A stretch of 64,000 bases of DNA. It comes from an uncultured delta proteobacterium (GTDB lineage Bacteria > Desulfobacterota > Binatia > UBA9968). The notes beneath the pieces are model-generated. The model saw only the letters and a program-made list of their open reading frames with translations, ran no database searches and was not told the origin of the DNA. A program made the position numbers and the translations under genes. This document shows, in pieces, positions 60,603-64,000 of the stretch (positions within the stretch are counted from its first letter, which is position 1; the number at the start of each line of letters is the position of its first letter). Location of the stretch: the NCBI GenBank assembly GCA_963760795.1, contig CAVXEP010000019.1:192001-256000 (forward strand), read 5' to 3'.

Positions 60603-60971
60603 TCAGTACCCCAAATCTTCGATCTCTTCTTCGTCCATGCCGAAGTAGTGGGCGATCTCGTGCAGCACCGTGAGACGAATTTCCTCGCGCAGTTCTTCGG
60701 GGTCGGGGAAGTCTTCTAAAAGTGGCTCGGCGAAGATGGTGATTTTGTCGGGCAAGAGCGGCGGATCGAGACTTGAGCGTTCCGGCAGCGGGATGCCCTG
60801 ATACAGACCGTAGAGGGTCTCTTCTTCAGGGTCCATATCCTCGGCGAGCAGGAGTTCTTCAGATGGCCGGTCTTCGACGACGAACTCGACGTTGCGTAGT
60901 TGCTCGCGGAATTGGCGCGGCAGCCGGTCGATGAGCCGGGCGACTTCTTTGCGAATATCTTGATGATTCAC
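60603..60971 (-). CDS. Zinicin-like metallopeptidase (DUF1025 type)
   Basis: LYGLYQGIPL, PDKITIF, TVLHEIAHYFG (HExxH). Probable GTG start at 60971. Confidence 0.9.
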   Translation of the reverse strand: MNHQDIRKEVARLIDRLPRQFREQLRNVEFVVEDRPSEELLLAEDMDPEEETLYGLYQGIPLPERSSLDPPLLPDKITIFAEPLLEDFPDPEELREEIRLTVLHEIAHYFGMDEEEIEDLGY

Positions 60972-60991
60972 CGCGGCTGAGTTTCCCGTAA

Positions 60992-62158
60992 ATGTTTCTG
61001 CGCTGCAAGCTCTCACAATTGTTTCTGGGCGTCGCGGTGGCCATCGCCGTGGCCGGCTGTGCGCTTCCGGTTACTGTGCCGTGGCCGGCGCTGCGCGACG
61101 ATCTCGACGTGGCGTCGCTGCGTTTGGCGATCGGCCACGGCATGAGTTATCTAAAAAAGTTGCCGCCGGAGCGGATCGTCGGCGAGCAGCCGCGACCGTT
61201 CACGGCGCGGGAGCTGCTCGACTCATTGATCACATTCGACCGATTGCTCGATCAGTGGCATTGCCGCGATTGCCTGGCGCGCGCGATCGCCGCGGCTTTC
61301 GAAATCATTCCATCGAGCGCTGCAGCGCATGAAGCGGAGGTCCTCTTCACCGGCTACTATCAGCCAGTGATCGATGGCAGTTTGACGCCGGGCGACGGAT
61401 TCGACTATGCGATTTACGGTGTGCCGGCGGATTTGTCAGGGCGGGAGCAAGCCGGCGCCAACGACGCTAAGAACGGTGAAACGACGCCCGGCAGGATCGA
61501 TAATGAACGGCCGGTAACGTATTATTCGCGCCGCGAGATCGACCAGCTCGGCGCCCTGCGCGGCCGCGCTCTCGAAATCGCCTGGGTCAAAGATCCCATC
61601 GATTTGTTCTTTCTCCATATCCAGGGCTCGGGTCTGTTGCGCTTGCGTGATGGCCGGGAGGTGACCGTCGGCTACGCGGCGCAGAACGGCTTGCCCTATC
61701 GCAGCATCGGCCGCTTGCTTATCGACGACGGCAAAGTTGCTAGAGAAGAGATGTCGATGCAGCGGCTGCGCCGTTACTTGGTGGAAAATCCCGGCGAGCA
61801 GAACGAGATATTCGCCTACAATGAGAGTTATGTTTTCTTTCGTTTCAATGAAGGCGGCCCGCTGGGCAGCCTCGGCGTGCCGGTTACCGCCGGCCGATCC
61901 ATCGCGACCGATTCACGATTGTTCCCACGCGGTGCGTTGGCGCTGGTGCAGATGGATATCCCCGTCATCGGCCCACAAGGTGAATTGGCGGGATGGCGGC
62001 CGGTTACACGTTTCGTGCTCAATCAAGATACCGGCGGGGCGATTCGCGGGCCGCAGCGGGCGGATTATTATTTTGGTACAGGCGATGAGGCTGGCGCACT
62101 GGCGGGATATATGAACCGGCAGGGGCGGCTATATTTCTTGGCGCGCAAACAGCGATGA
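60992..62158 (+). CDS. mltA: Membrane-bound lytic murein transglycosylase A
   Basis: Lipobox VAGC, FTGYYQP, FFLHIQGSG, NESYVFF, QDTGGAIRG..RADYYFG. Confidence 0.93.
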   Translation: MFLRCKLSQLFLGVAVAIAVAGCALPVTVPWPALRDDLDVASLRLAIGHGMSYLKKLPPERIVGEQPRPFTARELLDSLITFDRLLDQWHCRDCLARAIAAAFEIIPSSAAAHEAEVLFTGYYQPVIDGSLTPGDGFDYAIYGVPADLSGREQAGANDAKNGETTPGRIDNERPVTYYSRREIDQLGALRGRALEIAWVKDPIDLFFLHIQGSGLLRLRDGREVTVGYAAQNGLPYRSIGRLLIDDGKVAREEMSMQRLRRYLVENPGEQNEIFAYNESYVFFRFNEGGPLGSLGVPVTAGRSIATDSRLFPRGALALVQMDIPVIGPQGELAGWRPVTRFVLNQDTGGAIRGPQRADYYFGTGDEAGALAGYMNRQGRLYFLARKQR

Positions 62159-62240
62159 GACACAGACAGTTGCGGATTATTCTCAAGGCGTCTTGAGCCT
62201 TTCTCCGCGCGGGGGTAACTTAACAGCGATCCACGATTGC

Positions 62241-63113
62241 ATGGCGCGGCATACTGAAACACAGCGGTTGAAATGGGCTTTGATCATCAGTTCGGTCTAT
62301 TTCTTCGCCGAGTTGACCGCCGGTTTTCTCACCAACAGTTTGGCGTTGTTGTCCGACGCCGGCCATATGCTTTCTGACATCGGCGCTTTGGGGCTCAGCT
62401 TGTTCGCCTTCCGGGTCGCCAAGCGGCCGGCGACTCATCACAGCACTTACGGTTACCATCGCGTCGAAATTCTCGCGGCGCTGTTCAACGGCCTGACGCT
62501 TTGGCTGATCGTCGGCGTGATCTTCACTTCGGCCTACTATCGCTTGGCCAATCCGCCGGCGGTGGAAAGTTTCGGCATGATCGTCGTCGCGGTTATTGGG
62601 CTATTGGTCAATTTCGCCGCGGCGGCAATCCTCCACTCCGGCCATCAGCACAATCTCAACATGCGCGGCGCGTTTCTCCATGTCATAAGCGACGCCATCG
62701 GCTCGGTGGGCGCCATCGCCGCCGGCGCGATAATGTTGGCCACCGGCTGGTATCTGGCCGATCCGCTGATCAGTATGTTTATCGGCGCGCTGATTTTGTA
62801 CTCGTCCTGGAGCTTGATCAAAGACTCCCTCAGTGTGCTCATGCAGTCGGTGCCCAAAGGCATTCGTCTCGATGAAGTGCGCCAGACCATCGAAGCGGTG
62901 GACGGCGTCCACAAGGTTCACGACCTGCATGTTTGGGCGGTGACATCGGATATCTACACGCTGAGCGCCCATGCGGTGGTGGAGAACGGCGGCGACTTCC
63001 ATCAGGTGTTGAACGGCATCGAGGATACTTTGAAAGAGCGCTTTAACATCGAACATACGACGATCCAACTGGAAATCGAGAGCCGCGAGGACAAGGAGTT
63101 CAAGGATTTTTAG
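62241..63113 (+). CDS. Cation diffusion facilitator transporter (CzcD/ZitB-like)
   Basis: SLALLSDAGHMLSD, TYGYHRVEILAA, NMRGAFLHVISD, HDLHVW, HTTIQLE. Confidence 0.93.
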   Translation: MARHTETQRLKWALIISSVYFFAELTAGFLTNSLALLSDAGHMLSDIGALGLSLFAFRVAKRPATHHSTYGYHRVEILAALFNGLTLWLIVGVIFTSAYYRLANPPAVESFGMIVVAVIGLLVNFAAAAILHSGHQHNLNMRGAFLHVISDAIGSVGAIAAGAIMLATGWYLADPLISMFIGALILYSSWSLIKDSLSVLMQSVPKGIRLDEVRQTIEAVDGVHKVHDLHVWAVTSDIYTLSAHAVVENGGDFHQVLNGIEDTLKERFNIEHTTIQLEIESREDKEFKDF

Positions 63114-63173
63114 GATCGTTTCCACTACGAGCAACGAGCACGTTGTAGCCGAAACCAAAGTAGATAAGAGAAC

Positions 63174-63193
63174 TAGCCGCAAAGAACGCAAAG
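63174..63193 (+). repeat. Dispersed 20-bp repeat, copy 2
   Basis: TAGCCGCAAAGAACGCAAAG, identical to 40380-40399. Confidence 0.75.
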
Positions 63194-63279
63194 TTCACAA
63201 TAAGCGATCGGATCTGCATACAGGAAGCGTTTAAAACCCGCCCTCCTGATTTGGTTTTGAAGAGTTTGTCATTGTCTCC

Positions 63280-64000
63280 ATGAAAGCGAAGATCGTTCCC
63301 TGGATTATTCTTGGCGCCCTGATCGTTGTCGGCGCCGGTTATTCATTGCGTAACGTCTTCGGCAACCGCAGCGAATTCGTTATTTCCGGCATCGTCGAGG
63401 CGGACGATATTCATGTCGGTTCCAAGATTGGCGGGCGGGTCTTGAAAGTCGCGGCCAAGGAAGGCCAGGCGGTGAAAGCCGGCGAGCCGCTGGTGTTGCT
63501 CGAGCCGCGCGAGCTCAACGCGGCGCTCGCCGAGGCGCAGGCAAGCTTGCGCCAGGCGGACGCCAAGTTCGCATTGTTAAGCGCGGGCTACCGCAAGGAA
63601 GAAATCGAACAAGCAGAAGCCGCCATGGGCCAAGCCCAAGCGGAGCTCGACCAACAAATCTCCGGGCCGCGCCAGCAGGAAATTGCCCAGGCGGCGGCGG
63701 ACTGGCAGGCGGCCAAGGCGCAGGCCGAGAACGCGCGCAAGTTTCTCAGCCGCATGGACGATCTGGCCAAGCGCGAGCTGATTGCCAAGCAAGAATTTGA
63801 CGATGCCCTGACGAAATCCGATGAAGCCGAACAGAAAATGACCAGCGCCCGCGAGCGCTACGAGCTCTTGCTCGCCGGCACGCGCAAGGAGGAAGTCGAG
63901 CGGGCGCGCCAGCGCTGGGCCGAAGCCGATGCCAAGCGGCGCCAACTGCGCGGCGGCTTCCGCAAAGAAGAAATCGCCCAGGCCAAGTCGGAGATGGAAG
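63280..64000 (+). CDS. HlyD-family efflux membrane-fusion protein, partial; runs off the window end
   Basis: Hand translation gives MKAKIVPWIILGALIVVGAGY...SGIVEADDIHVGSKIGGRVLKVAAKEGQAVKAGEPLV, followed by coiled-coil repeats (AGYRKEEI). Confidence 0.9.
   Translation, partial: MKAKIVPWIILGALIVVGAGYSLRNVFGNRSEFVISGIVEADDIHVGSKIGGRVLKVAAKEGQAVKAGEPLVLLEPRELNAALAEAQASLRQADAKFALLSAGYRKEEIEQAEAAMGQAQAELDQQISGPRQQEIAQAAADWQAAKAQAENARKFLSRMDDLAKRELIAKQEFDDALTKSDEAEQKMTSARERYELLLAGTRKEEVERARQRWAEADAKRRQLRGGFRKEEIAQAKSEME

Overview
GC-rich bacterial chromosomal segment with about 58 genes. The expanded NMT1/THI5-type ABC substrate-binding proteins, duplicated ornithine-cyclodeaminase-family genes and a MetE-C-like gene suggest Candidatus Binatia or a related deltaproteobacteria-like lineage (inference). 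Core genes include purM, purN, typA, bioB, tatA, pgeF, mltA, two mgtE, a DegP-like protease and an AsmA-family gene. I found no rRNA, tRNA, CRISPR array, integrase or transposase. Twelve apparent single-base indels (11 insertions, 1 deletion) break nine otherwise intact genes and are most likely sequencing errors. Two loci stand out. (1) 27825-32861 is a three-gene, apparently lower-GC cassette: a GT2 fused to a degenerate RepB-type primase domain, a stand-alone FkbH-carrier-protein didomain, and a GT4. The last two carry NRPS-style docking tails, yet no NRPS or PKS is present. (2) 44323-51749 is an operon of an Aas-like MFS-acyltransferase-ligase, a heme-oxygenase-like diiron enzyme fused to a non-canonical enolase-superfamily enzyme, a GH3 amide ligase and a membrane protein. 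Intergenic gaps hold several families of periodic 7/8/9-bp palindromic repeats. All protein calls come from motif recognition by eye; no database searches were run.
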